From Nitrosopumilaceae archaeon (GTDB taxonomy: Archaea > Thermoproteota > Nitrososphaeria > Nitrososphaerales > Nitrosopumilaceae), in the NCBI GenBank assembly GCA_965208905.1, contig OZ242365.1:1-64000 (forward strand): a DNA stretch of 64,000 nt, in the 5' to 3' direction. Made by a program: the position numbers and the translations under genes. The notes beneath the pieces are model-generated. The model made no database searches, was not told the origin of the DNA, and was given only the letters and a program-made list of their open reading frames with translations. Numbering within the stretch: position 1 is the first letter of the stretch; every line of letters begins with the position of its first letter. This document shows, one piece after another, positions 1 through 9,939 of the stretch.

Positions 1-554
1 AAGAATCCCGGATACTTTAGATTATCCAATATCACAGTCACCTCTCCTTGACGTATCCAGTCTGCACATATCTCGTATTGCGCCGATGCCAATAGGTTGG
101 GACCACTCAATGTATGTGCTCCCCGCGCGTCTATCACTATACTGCACGGTATGTCTCCTGAGCTACTCTTTACTGTACCATCTGATGTGCCTTTAAAGGA
201 GACTCCTGACCAGATGTGAGCACCATTATTTTGAGCCTGTTCTGCCACATACTTATCCAGCATGCGGCGGTCCACCTCTAGTATGCCATCACCTGCGCCA
301 ACTTGTATACTGTGACCGTTTGGTGACACTATCTTTGCTGTTTTTATGTGATTGCCCGCTATCTGGCTTGATGGTATTACTCCAAGATAGTCTAGCGCTG
401 CCCTACTTACCAGTCCGCCGCAGTGCTGTGGTGTACCTATCTCGTGACTCTTTTCTAATACTAGTACACTATACCCTTGAGATGATATCTCCCGGGCGCA
501 GAGCAGCCCTGATATGCTTCCTCCTGCCACAACTACATCATATTTGTATGTCAA
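1..554 (-). CDS. Geranylgeranyl reductase-family FAD-dependent oxidoreductase (3' part outside window)
   Basis: Manual translation from TTG at 554: (M)TYKYDVVVAGGSISGLLCAREISSQGYSVLVLEKSHEIGTPQHCGGLVS, an FAD-binding Rossmann start with the GGR-type EK..IG.P..CGG motif; not in ORF track. Confidence 0.8.
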   Translation of the reverse strand, partial: MTYKYDVVVAGGSISGLLCAREISSQGYSVLVLEKSHEIGTPQHCGGLVSRAALDYLGVIPSSQIAGNHIKTAKIVSPNGHSIQVGAGDGILEVDRRMLDKYVAEQAQNNGAHIWSGVSFKGTSDGTVKSSSGDIPCSIVIDARGAHTLSGPNLLASAQYEICADWIRQGEVTVILDNLKYPGF

Positions 555-606
555 CCTGATATGATGTACTCTAAAGGTTTTATCATGGTATCGATACGTT
601 GATACT

Positions 607-954
607 GTGATAAAGCAGGTCATAGCGGTTCGTACAGATCTAAAGATGGGCAAGGGCAAGATTGCTGCGCAAGTGGGACATGCCTGTGTAATGGCCTCGG
701 AGACAGCACGTGTATCGTACAATGATTGGTGGTCGCAATGGTGGCAGGGTCAAGAGAAGGTAGTTCTAAAGGTACCCTCATATGGAGACTTGGAGCATAT
801 ACGATGCGAGGCTGCCCGTATGAAACTACCATACTGTGTAGTGAGTGATGCGGGTCATACACAACTAAGTCCGGGAACTGTTACGTGTGTATCGGTGGGC
901 CCGGCGCCCGAACGCATGATAGATTCTATAACCGGCGACCTGTCACTACTCTAA
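607..954 (+). CDS. pth2: Peptidyl-tRNA hydrolase Pth2
   Basis: KQVIAVRTDLKMGKGKIAAQVGHA and DAGHTQ motifs. Confidence 0.95.
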   Translation: MIKQVIAVRTDLKMGKGKIAAQVGHACVMASETARVSYNDWWSQWWQGQEKVVLKVPSYGDLEHIRCEAARMKLPYCVVSDAGHTQLSPGTVTCVSVGPAPERMIDSITGDLSLL

Positions 955-1445
955 AACTTCCAAAGACGTATGATGTATAATTTCTTGTGTATCTCAATAA
1001 ACCACTAAATGACGCATAGGAGGGAATCATGGCACTGCATCAAAAGAGGTATGTGATAAGATGCCTTGCAGGATGTGATATAAGATGCCGCTCGGCTGCT
1101 GCACGGTCCGGCGACGACCTGAACAGGTGTCGGGAGCACGCTGTCCCGCGCATTTGCGCGCCCGCGACCTCGGCCGCAGCGGCTTGTATGGGGAAGGCCT
1201 GTCGCGAGAGTAAAGATATCATGTAGCGTTCCATCTCACAAATGTTACAGTATGCCCCACCTCGCAGAGCTGTTACAATCCCGAGATGAAACATTTGGCC
1301 AAATATTTTAAGTCTTGATGTACATCTTTGCTAGTACCGGCGAGACGCCGGCCATACTGTCTTATCACTGGATATGTGATAGTATGATAGTATCCTCGTT
1401 GGCACACAATGCACTAAAATTGAGTACAGATATAACTCACTTTAT

Positions 1446-3071
1446 GTGGTTGGTAGTATGACAAAGAAGCATAACTATGCTGGTTATCGTGGTTCAAGTA
1501 GCCGCAACACCAAAAGGTTGGGAATCATTGTAGCCGCGTTCTTTGGGTTTATACTGTTATCTTCTACTGTCTTTATAGCGGCAAATCCCTCATTTCTGTT
1601 TGGTGGAGGTCCGCCTACCCCAGACCAGGTGACCATAACTGACACACCTCAAGATAACTATCCTGATGTACAGCGACCGCAGTTTTGTGGTGTGGCAGAA
1701 CCATCCGCAAATGCGTTTATTGTTGAGTATAATATTCCCACACCCTGTACACAACCAAACCCCATAGTGGTTGATCCGACCGGTATGGTGTGGTTTGTTG
1801 GTACCAACACGGGCGATGTTGCATCATTCCATCCCGTCACTGAAGTTATTACAGAGTACGAAAACCCACTCTGGGATGATAGTTCTGTATCCATGATATG
1901 GGATATGGAGTACAAAGATGGATATCTGTGGTATGCTGATGAATCCCATCAATCTGTATGGCGTTTTGATACTGCAACAAAAGAGTATAGACAGTTTGCT
2001 GATATCTTCTCCAGTGGCTCTCTACCACAAGTGATACAACTATACGGCACAGACATAGTTATAAACGACTTTTTAGGCAACACTTTGGTCGTACTTGATG
2101 CCTCAGATTTGGAGTCTGGCCTTGTATATTATGATGTGCCATCTAATGTAACTTCGGCAGTAACTGCAGGATTTGATATTGATGATAATGATACAATATG
2201 GTATACTACATGGGTCCCCAATGTGGGAGGTTTACTGGTAAATGTGCATCTGGACTTGATCAAACGTGTAGAAGCGATACCGCCTCGTACATTTGAGTTA
2301 CCTCCAGGTCTTCTGACTCCCAACGGTTTGACTATAGATAATTCAGGAATTTTGTGGCTGGCAGACACGAGCAGCTCGTACTTCTTCTCGTTTAATACAA
2401 CATCTGAGACATTTACCCACTATGTCACCAGTCCGCCGGATGTACTATCATACGGAAATATGACTGGTGTTATACAGACTCCTGTATCAAGACCCTACTG
2501 GATAGATATATCTGATAGCGGCAAGGTGATATTCAATGAGCAGACCGCCAATCGTATAGCCGTATTTGATACTGATACTGAGAGACTGATAGAGTACTCC
2601 ATACCGTCCAGAAATCCATTCTGGTCTGACTGTGGAGGAATGGCGTCCTGTGGTATAGCACAGGCGCTGGGCATACAATCACACGAAGACAAGGTATGGT
2701 TCACTGAATGGGCAGAGAACCACATAGGCGTACTGGACACTGCGCAGCCCATACCTGTGGATATCAATCTTAGTGACAGGAGACTGACATTATACCCAGG
2801 TGAGAATGCTATGCTATCATATGATATAATTCCTGACTCAAGTCGTCCTACATCCATCGAACCGATAATTGTACACACGCACAACTCTTTGGTGCCAATA
2901 CAACTAGTGACTACTGGTATACAGATACTGGACAGCCCCACTAGTGTACCCTTGCAGATTGTCAGTGAGAGTTGGGCTGAGCCTGGCATATACAAGATAC
3001 TATTAGGTGTAAGGTCAGGATCAGTCTCGGTATCTGAATTTTTGACCGTCGAGATTCTACCCGAACCATGA
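1446..3071 (+). CDS. Membrane-anchored Vgb (virginiamycin B lyase)-like beta-propeller protein
   Basis: N-terminal TM helix, then repeated propeller blades (G.VWF, IWYT, LWLAD, VWFTEW); common thaumarchaeal family. Confidence 0.7.
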   Translation: MVGSMTKKHNYAGYRGSSSRNTKRLGIIVAAFFGFILLSSTVFIAANPSFLFGGGPPTPDQVTITDTPQDNYPDVQRPQFCGVAEPSANAFIVEYNIPTPCTQPNPIVVDPTGMVWFVGTNTGDVASFHPVTEVITEYENPLWDDSSVSMIWDMEYKDGYLWYADESHQSVWRFDTATKEYRQFADIFSSGSLPQVIQLYGTDIVINDFLGNTLVVLDASDLESGLVYYDVPSNVTSAVTAGFDIDDNDTIWYTTWVPNVGGLLVNVHLDLIKRVEAIPPRTFELPPGLLTPNGLTIDNSGILWLADTSSSYFFSFNTTSETFTHYVTSPPDVLSYGNMTGVIQTPVSRPYWIDISDSGKVIFNEQTANRIAVFDTDTERLIEYSIPSRNPFWSDCGGMASCGIAQALGIQSHEDKVWFTEWAENHIGVLDTAQPIPVDINLSDRRLTLYPGENAMLSYDIIPDSSRPTSIEPIIVHTHNSLVPIQLVTTGIQILDSPTSVPLQIVSESWAEPGIYKILLGVRSGSVSVSEFLTVEILPEP

Positions 3072-4270
3072 TTGTACCACCACTGGACAAAGAGATAGGA
3101 ATTGATTCGTACTATACAGATGGTCAAGGGTGCGGAGGCAGTATAAAGTCTAAACCTGATGACTTTGTGGTGTCTGAGATCATATCTGATGCGATACACA
3201 AATCCATAAAAGAAGAGGGAGAGTACGCTGTATACTCTCTATCCAAGCGAGGAGTGGATACGGCCCACTGCATATATGATGTGTATAGGCGATGCAGAGT
3301 TCGCCTCAAGGCGTTAGGACTGAAAGACTCTAAAGCGTATACGACACAATATGTATGTGCAACATCCAAACGTGCCAATGTAACAGAACTACATACTGAC
3401 AGATATGACCTTGTACTTTTAGGATACGTCAAAAGACCCCTGACCAAAAAGGCTATGATCGGCAATCACTTTGTGGTTACGATTAAAGACCTACAGAACC
3501 CACCTGATAAATCTACCAATTATGATATGGTGCCAAACCATTATGGATATCAACGGTTTGGTTCGCGTCGCCCTTTTACGCATCTCATAGGTCGGGCCAT
3601 ACTACATGGTGACTATAACAGTGCCATACACTTGATACTATATGAGGAGTCCATACATGACACGCCTCAGGCTACAGATACACGAAGACGCCTTGCCGAT
3701 GCAACCACACATACTGAACGCCTGAGTATACTGCCTAATTCAATGGATATAGAGAGAACCGTTCTAAAATCATTACACGAAAATAATCATGACCACCGTA
3801 CTGCCATTGCATCGCTGCCATTATACCTGCGTCGGTTGTATGTACAGGCATACCAATCCTACATATTTAATCTGACACTGAGTACTGCCATATCTGAAGG
3901 GTATAACATACAGGGCCCGACATCTGGTGATGTCTGCTTTGATGTACATGGTAAACTAGGAAAGTATGATGAGTACTCCAGCCAAATGCTGGCAATACCC
4001 ACAGTAGGGTATGCATACTACAAAAAGACCCGTTTTCATTCTATACTATCTGATATAATGAGTCGTGAAGGTATTGCCCCTAAAGACTTTTACATCAAAC
4101 AGATGCAAGAGTTGAGTCTGGAGGGCGGCTTCAGGCAGGCTACCATATCCTGCAAGGATTATGCCATACATGATGAGCAGGTGTCATTTACGTTATCTAG
4201 GGGGTCGTTTGCAACTATGATTCTACGTGAAATTATCAAGCCTACGGACCCTATACGTGCCGGATTTTAA
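3068..4270 (+). CDS. truD: tRNA pseudouridine(13) synthase TruD
   Basis: DFVVSE, GLKD, GNHF, PNHYGYQRFG, F.LSRGSFATM.LRE motifs. Confidence 0.95.
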   Translation: MIVPPLDKEIGIDSYYTDGQGCGGSIKSKPDDFVVSEIISDAIHKSIKEEGEYAVYSLSKRGVDTAHCIYDVYRRCRVRLKALGLKDSKAYTTQYVCATSKRANVTELHTDRYDLVLLGYVKRPLTKKAMIGNHFVVTIKDLQNPPDKSTNYDMVPNHYGYQRFGSRRPFTHLIGRAILHGDYNSAIHLILYEESIHDTPQATDTRRRLADATTHTERLSILPNSMDIERTVLKSLHENNHDHRTAIASLPLYLRRLYVQAYQSYIFNLTLSTAISEGYNIQGPTSGDVCFDVHGKLGKYDEYSSQMLAIPTVGYAYYKKTRFHSILSDIMSREGIAPKDFYIKQMQELSLEGGFRQATISCKDYAIHDEQVSFTLSRGSFATMILREIIKPTDPIRAGF

Positions 4271-4472
4271 TTATTGTAGATGTGGCTGTTACTATAATGC
4301 CAATTATGGCTATTGTTATGCCGTGATTGATCCAATCCTGGCTCTGATACATGAAAGACTCCTCCGGTCCCACTACTCCCTGGCCTTGTAGATGAAATAC
4401 GACACCAAACAATACAATCAACACTCCCATATACTGTATGTATCGTACAAGTGACTTTTTCATGCTACCCAT
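4251..4472 (-). CDS. Small membrane protein (two TM helices)
   Basis: ORF track; two hydrophobic segments around QGQGVVGPEESFMY. Confidence 0.65.
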   Translation of the reverse strand: MGSMKKSLVRYIQYMGVLIVLFGVVFHLQGQGVVGPEESFMYQSQDWINHGITIAIIGIIVTATSTIIKIRHV

Positions 4473-4716
4473 CTAAGTCTACATATATACCAGAAACTGG
4501 ATTGTTTATACGATCCCAGTATTTTTCACATCCTTCGGCCTGAAAGTCGTTCTCTCTACATTCATTAAAGTGCGCCGTACTCTCTCGTTGCAGGTCGTCT
4601 GCGTATAGCACATCCTCTCCAATGGCCAAACCAATCAAGGCTATAATTGTCAGCGATGCTGACACTACAATCATTGAATAGCCTACCTTTGCATGATTCC
4701 TTTCAGGCTTCATCAT
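4465..4716 (-). CDS. Small single-TM hypothetical protein
   Basis: ORF track; N-terminal TM, Cys pair; overlaps next gene operon-style. Confidence 0.65.
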   Translation of the reverse strand: MMKPERNHAKVGYSMIVVSASLTIIALIGLAIGEDVLYADDLQRESTAHFNECRENDFQAEGCEKYWDRINNPVSGIYVDLDG

Positions 4717-4772
4717 ATATTTTCTTTGTATAGCAAATTTATGCCTTTATGCCATTTTTTACACTATTACGC

Positions 4773-4850
4773 AGCTCCTCTCACAAGCACACTGTGAGAT
4801 GGCCTATCGGCCCTCTTGAGTGGCGGGCCTTACATCTAGAGGTTCGTTCT
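4773..4850 (-). mobile_element. Relic of TnpB-element right end (omega-RNA 3' part plus degenerate GGTTCCT-type TIR)
   Basis: 4792-4823 matches 45657-45688 at 30/32; minus strand GGGCCGATAGGCCATCTCACA resembles GGGCTGACAGACTATCCCGCA near 61825; AGCTCCTCTCACAAGCAC at 4773 resembles TIR GGTTCCTACTGCAAGCAC. Confidence 0.55.
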
Positions 4851-4992
4851 CAATATGCAGAGTTATAGCGTGCCAAAATGTGACATAACACAATCTAGAA
4901 AAAATATTTGTATCTGATTTTGTTATATTAGATTATGTGGCCCGTTCATCTGTTAAAGAGAATACAGACGTCTATATCTGGAGGGTGTCACA

Positions 4993-5325
4993 ATGATTAG
5001 TATTCAGATACTTCACTATGAATTCTTGGGGCCCATACCTCTCCGGGAGTGGGGGCCTCCCATGGAGAAGGTGGTATACGTAATACTGTCCAGAGACAAA
5101 GATCAATTTCAAGTAATATATGCTGATACATGTGAGAGCACTAATGATCTGTCGTTCTTTGTTGATAATGATTCATTCTCATGCTGGATGAAACAGTCTG
5201 GCTCTGAGAACAACACGTATCTGGCAATCCTCCCCATGTTTGATGCCTCAGCAGATGACCGTAGGTATGTACTAGACAGGGTATTGGCCAGCATGAAACC
5301 TCCCTGTAACAAAAATAGTGCATGA
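4993..5325 (+). CDS. Conserved hypothetical protein
   Basis: ORF track; IQILHYEFLGPIPLREWGPPMEKVVY looks like a thaumarchaeal conserved family. Confidence 0.7.
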   Translation: MISIQILHYEFLGPIPLREWGPPMEKVVYVILSRDKDQFQVIYADTCESTNDLSFFVDNDSFSCWMKQSGSENNTYLAILPMFDASADDRRYVLDRVLASMKPPCNKNSA

Positions 5326-5328
5326 ATG

Positions 5329-5580
5329 TCAGTCCGCTCTCTGCTGGTTTATCGCCTGACTTACTTTAAAGACCTCCAATGTTACCATGTCTATGGCCTT
5401 CTTTAGATGGGCAAACTCATTTAATGAGTGAATCTGTCCCTGTACCAACTCTCGCAATATTTTTGCAGTCTTGGTCTGGAACTCGTCCTTTGAAGTGACC
5501 TCCAACGCATTTATCTGAGCCAATAAAATCTCCATGTCTTCTAGTAGTTGATCTGGCGGTGCATGATTTTTTGGATTCAA
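5329..5580 (-). CDS. Hypothetical helical protein
   Basis: ORF track; amphipathic helices, convergent with previous gene. Confidence 0.65.
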   Translation of the reverse strand: MNPKNHAPPDQLLEDMEILLAQINALEVTSKDEFQTKTAKILRELVQGQIHSLNEFAHLKKAIDMVTLEVFKVSQAINQQRAD

Positions 5581-5603
5581 TATGTTGTGGTATAATCATA
5601 GCC

Positions 5604-5750
5604 CTATGTTAACTCTTCATCAATTCTATGTATTCTGTCTATAAACGCATTACAGGTACAGCCGGGTATGCGACAGGCCCCCTTTCGCATAAGCGAGTTG
5701 CCGTCTCCGGCGTGAGCCTCATGCGTGTGAAAGCATCTGGCGCAGTTCAT
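5604..5750 (-). CDS. Small Cys/His-rich putative zinc-binding protein (48 aa)
   Basis: Manual translation MNCARCFHTHEAHAGDGNSLMRKGACRIPGCTCNAFIDRIHRIDEELT*; below ORF-track cutoff. Confidence 0.7.
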   Translation of the reverse strand: MNCARCFHTHEAHAGDGNSLMRKGACRIPGCTCNAFIDRIHRIDEELT

Positions 5751-5760
5751 TGTGTATGAT

Positions 5761-5917
5761 TTATGGAATTAGTACTGTCCGGGCAACCATCTCTGAACCC
5801 TTTTTGTAACACGTGGCTTGCCTCCTCTAGGGGGAACGTCTCGTATATTGCCTCTAATCTCTTCTGGCCGACTATCTTGACTATATCTTTCATATCTTTG
5901 GTTGTTTCAATATGCAT
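5761..5917 (-). pseudogene. C-terminal remnant of Zn-dependent alcohol dehydrogenase
   Basis: ...TTKDMKDIVKIVGQKRLEAIYETFPLEEASHVLQK / frameshift / MVARTVLIP*, resembling MDR-family C-termini (LEEA...R.VLIP). Confidence 0.5.
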
Positions 5918-6373
5918 CTTTACCCTGCTACATCTAACGATGTTTAGTATTTTTATTGCTTACCCTTGTGATTTTGGAAATTATGCACTTGAGTAGACAT
6001 GTCATCTGTGCGGGTTCTGGTAAGTTGGCGGGACATGGTTCTACCCGTTAACTTCCAGGACGTGAAACCAGCTAGTACGTTGCCGCCGTCTCCTCCACCC
6101 AGGTTTTGATGGAGTCGGCGCCCTCTCCCCCGTCCACGTAGCGGCCGTCTAACAGGTCGGCCTTGTCGCTGATGTGGCTGCCTACCTGGGTACCAGAACT
6201 CCTCCATCCGGGATATCTGCCTCCGGCTGGCCGCCCGAGGACTGATCCGACGGGTAGCCAACGGAGGGCTGGCGGAGGATGGACGCTGAAGTCATCAAGT
6301 GTCTCCACCGGTACGGCGCCGACCTTGAAGAGATATGGCGCTGGCTCAGGAAGGGGTGGTGTATCGTATCCGA

Positions 6374-6697
6374 CTAGCCGCCGGGGCAGGCCGTCTCCCG
6401 TATGGCTGCGTACCTTCTGTCCATCTCCCCGGCGCGGGCCAGGACCTCTTCAATCCCGTACGACCCCTTTGGGAAATACCACCGTATGGGGATGTGGCGC
6501 CCTATGCCGTCTATATCGTGGATGATGCCCCTCTCGGTCTCTACCGACTGGAGATTCCCATCGGGAACACGGTCCACGGCGCCCAGCCCGTCCTTGGTGG
6601 AATCTTCAAGTATGTAGTGGGCATCGTCCTCCCGGATACGGTATGATATCCCCTTGCCAACGACGGGCAGCTCCCCGATGGCTGGTGATGCCGTCAT
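6374..6697 (-). CDS. Conserved hypothetical protein coupled to the sulfurtransferase
   Basis: ATG immediately follows the sulfurtransferase stop; IGELPVVGKG...IIHDIDGIG..IRWYFPK. Confidence 0.7.
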   Translation of the reverse strand: MTASPAIGELPVVGKGISYRIREDDAHYILEDSTKDGLGAVDRVPDGNLQSVETERGIIHDIDGIGRHIPIRWYFPKGSYGIEEVLARAGEMDRRYAAIRETACPGG

Positions 6698-7546
6698 CTA
6701 CTTTTCGATGGGGTTTCCGATCATGTTGCCCCACTCCGTCCAGGATCCATCATAGTTTCTTACCCGGGGGTATCCCAGCAGGTACTTGAGCACGAACCAC
6801 GAATGCGAGGACCTCTCGCCTATCCGGCAGTAACAGATGACGTCCTTGTCGGGCGTGACCCCCTTGGGGGCATAGTTCTGGGCAAGCTCGTCGGCAGGCT
6901 TGAAGGTGCCATCCACATCGTTTACCGCGGTGGCCCACGGAATGTTGTTGGCCCCGGGTATGTGACCGCCCCTCTGCGCCTGCTCCATCGGGTACTCGGG
7001 CGGAGCGACTATCTCACCGGTAAACTCCTTGGGGGAGCGCACATCTACCATCACCGTACCCTCCTCGTCAAGAGCCCTCTTGACGTCAAAGAGGTGGGCG
7101 CGCAGTCCCTCGTCGGCCGGCGTCGCCGTGTAGGTGGTGGGCTCCGTTTGAGATTCCTTGGTGGCGTACGGCCTGTCCTCCAGCTCCCACTTCTTTCTAC
7201 CGCCGTCCATTATCCTTACGTTCTTGTGTCCGTAGTACTTGAAGACCCAGAAGGCAAAGGCGGCAAACCAGTTGTTAAAGTCGCCGTACAGGACGACCTC
7301 GCTATCCGGAGTGATGCCGTTCTTGGACATCAGCTCCTCGAACTGCTTCTTGTTGATTATATCCCGGGTGGTGTCGCGGTTGATGTCGCGTCTCCACCAG
7401 ATGAGGGTGGCCCCGTCTATGTGGCCGCTGTGGTAGCCGTTCTCGGGGTCGTAGTCGACCTCCACAACCCTCCTTTTCTCTCCATCAGGCGGGTTGTCGG
7501 CGACCCACTGGGTGCTCACCAGCACTTCGGGATGCGTATAGCTCAT
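6698..7546 (-). CDS. Two-domain rhodanese / thiosulfate sulfurtransferase
   Basis: Start MSYTHPEVLVSTQW at 7546; GHIDGA, GHIPGA, active-site YCRIGERS, YDGSWTEW. Confidence 0.95.
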   Translation of the reverse strand: MSYTHPEVLVSTQWVADNPPDGEKRRVVEVDYDPENGYHSGHIDGATLIWWRRDINRDTTRDIINKKQFEELMSKNGITPDSEVVLYGDFNNWFAAFAFWVFKYYGHKNVRIMDGGRKKWELEDRPYATKESQTEPTTYTATPADEGLRAHLFDVKRALDEEGTVMVDVRSPKEFTGEIVAPPEYPMEQAQRGGHIPGANNIPWATAVNDVDGTFKPADELAQNYAPKGVTPDKDVICYCRIGERSSHSWFVLKYLLGYPRVRNYDGSWTEWGNMIGNPIEK

Positions 7547-7797
7547 ATGGATGATTTTGCTTGCAGGCACATTTAATGTTTGCTGGATAGCGGGTGTGGA
7601 CTTGCGTCGGCACCCATCCGGGCGCCGGAAAGTGCGCTGCACTGCACAAAAAAATCGTGTCTGGACATGCCCGGGATTTGGGCGTGCCTCTATAGAACAC
7701 CAAATTGTTTTTACTTATGCGATATGGCTATACGCCTGTGGCTACTGGGCAACAGCGAATCGTACCGAGATTCTAACGTCGGGGGTGGCATACGGGC

Positions 7798-8483
7798 ATG
7801 GTGACTGTACTGGTTGCCGCGGTGGCGACAATTGCACTGGCCGGATACTTGCTTCCTTCCGGACTTGCGGTGGACTATGCAGTGATGTTGGGACGGCCCG
7901 ACACGATGTTCTCTGATAAAATGGCGGCAACACTTTTTGAATATGCGAGGTATGATGCAGACAGCGTAGATTCCAGGGTTCAGACGGCTGTCGTAGGGGT
8001 GCTGATGTTGTATTGGGAGGAGGGTTCCGATGTATTCGAGATGATCACGCCCGAAAAAGCGCTCATCACCGACACCATATACCCGTTCGTCTTGGATGCT
8101 GAGACCCTTGAGGCGGTGGCGCACGGAGCGTTACCGGAACTTGCAGGCGTGATCCCCGACACACTGAACCGGGCGGACAGCCCTGTTGATATCCTACTCG
8201 CCGACCTGGAGCGGGACGGGGCATCTGGGTCGAGTGCACGGCCACAAATCCAGCCAACGGGATTATACGCCCAAAGCGCTCTTGGCTGTACATGCATGAC
8301 GGCTACATGTTCTGCTCCGGCTACTACATCTAGGACCCCCGAGCCTAGCTGGTCGCCTAGGCCATAATTTTGTACCATGCCAACGACGAGGAAGCGTTTG
8401 ACATCATAACACTGGAGGTCGCCGACCCCCTGGCCCTGCAGTCCGCCTTCGTGCTAGACGAGATGCAAACCGTCGCTGAAGGC
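7798..8483 (+). pseudogene. Decayed TM + single-Cache-repeat sensor/surface protein
   Basis: YPFVLD...VAHGA, then a frameshift near 8225 into ..TNPANGIIRPKRSWLYMHDGYMFCSGYY*, further stops, second repeat AFDIIT..AFVLD truncated. Confidence 0.7.
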
Positions 8484-9055
8484 GGTACGGTGTCACAAAA
8501 ATATCTGCAAAAAATTACATTAAATTTATCCAGATTATTGACAGATTATTGACGCAAAACAAGATTGTGATTGTGCGACCAAATCAAAGCGCTGTCACTC
8601 ATCAATTTACAGTCTTGAGCAAGACTAAAACAATTTTTGAGCGGCTCGTAATTTATCTTCACTACCAGAACTGTCATCAAGACAATCAGTTCCTACTCCT
8701 ATACCACACGTTGTGCATCCCTTATACCGAAGAACCGCTATGGGTACGAGGGTTTGAACTACACAGATATTGCGCACACGTACTTTGCTAAATACGGTGG
8801 AGCATCAATATTTTATTTTACAGATAAATTATTTCATGACCTTGAATTTGCTCCAGACTTTTCCATTGCTATTATTATAATATTAGAAAACTAACATCAC
8901 CTTTTGACCACAAATTACATGGATTTGATTAAAAATAGAGTTACGCAAAACCAATAAAAACATGCATTAATTTGTGGTTAAAATTGATTATATTTTGATT
9001 TACTATGACAAGTATTATCATTACAAAGACCACTCATGTACAGTTATTATACACT

Positions 9056-9227
9056 ACAGATGTCAACTCTACGGCGAGCCAGCGCCATGTACAGCATAAG
9101 GTTTTGGTAATCTGAGAGAAGTTAGTCGTGGTATGTATACGACATTTTGTATACGCTACTCAAGAAGAGCGCTGGGACGACAGGCTATTCCAAATATACA
9201 TAATCGCCAAACTTTGGTGAGTGAAAC
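9056..9227 (+). mobile_element. Relic of the 3' end of the 60267-61884 TnpB element family
   Basis: Collinear blocks: AGATGTCAAC (D-V-N codons), TACGGCGAGCCAGCGCC, AGGTTTTGGTAATCTGAGAGAAGTTAGTCGTGGT, CTGGGACGACAGGCTATTCC, CCAAACTTTGGTGAGTGAAAC versus 61677-61884. Confidence 0.65.
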
Positions 9228-9268
9228 ATCAACAACAAAAAAATAAAGCCCACTTGAATCAGTATGTG

Positions 9269-9508
9269 ATGGATGTTGGCCCCACTCCTGAAGATGCGGA
9301 ACGTATTCGTCTGCTGCGCAAAGTGACCAGCACCAAACAAGCTTTCAATCAGATGACATTGGACGAATTAAAACGACTACAATTTTTAGTAGAAAAAAAG
9401 GATTATACACACAACAAAAAGGCACGTCGCTCAAAGAGAAAACTACTTCGAAGTATTAATGCCAGAATATATGAACTAGAGGAAGGCAGAAGTATTTGGG
9501 GCGCATAA
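9269..9508 (+). CDS. Small basic conserved hypothetical protein
   Basis: Likely start MDVGPTPEDAERIRLL (ATG 9269); the upstream GTG lies in the transposon relic. Confidence 0.7.
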   Translation: MDVGPTPEDAERIRLLRKVTSTKQAFNQMTLDELKRLQFLVEKKDYTHNKKARRSKRKLLRSINARIYELEEGRSIWGA

Positions 9509-9939
9509 ACTATAATATCTTCTGAGCATTGAGTACAAAAATAGACGTTAGGTCCAGTCATACTTCGACACTTGAACAATAATTACATAATTTTATTAAT
9601 ATTTTATCATCATTAATGATACTACGCTAAGAATACAAAATTGCGCAATATCAACATGCAGAATGCCAAATAGCAGTCAAGTGTTGCGTAATGGTTCATG
9701 CTAAAGCAGTATGCCAAGTCAATGAATTATTATGCGATTGCCACGCTATTGAGCTATGTTTCATTCAAGCCACGGTAGGGAAGGCGGTGGTATGACATTA
9801 CCATATGTATATACACTCAGGCTTGGGTAGTCATTACTTGCAGTTTTTGTATGGGCAAAGGCGCGATGTTATGTTGTATGATTACCAAACTTTGATGGAC
9901 AGGACACATGTTCCGCCCAAAGACTAGCTGAATAAAACC

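Noticed and set aside
6803-7576. 257-aa plus-strand ORF, and similar long antisense ORFs (2495-3199, 19014-19577, 31777-32346, 33822-34481)
   Set aside because: Shadows of well-supported genes on the opposite strand
6013-8672. GGTTCTGGTA (6013) and TACCAGAACT (about 8663) as TIRs of the GC islet
   Set aside because: Only 9 bp match and no TSD
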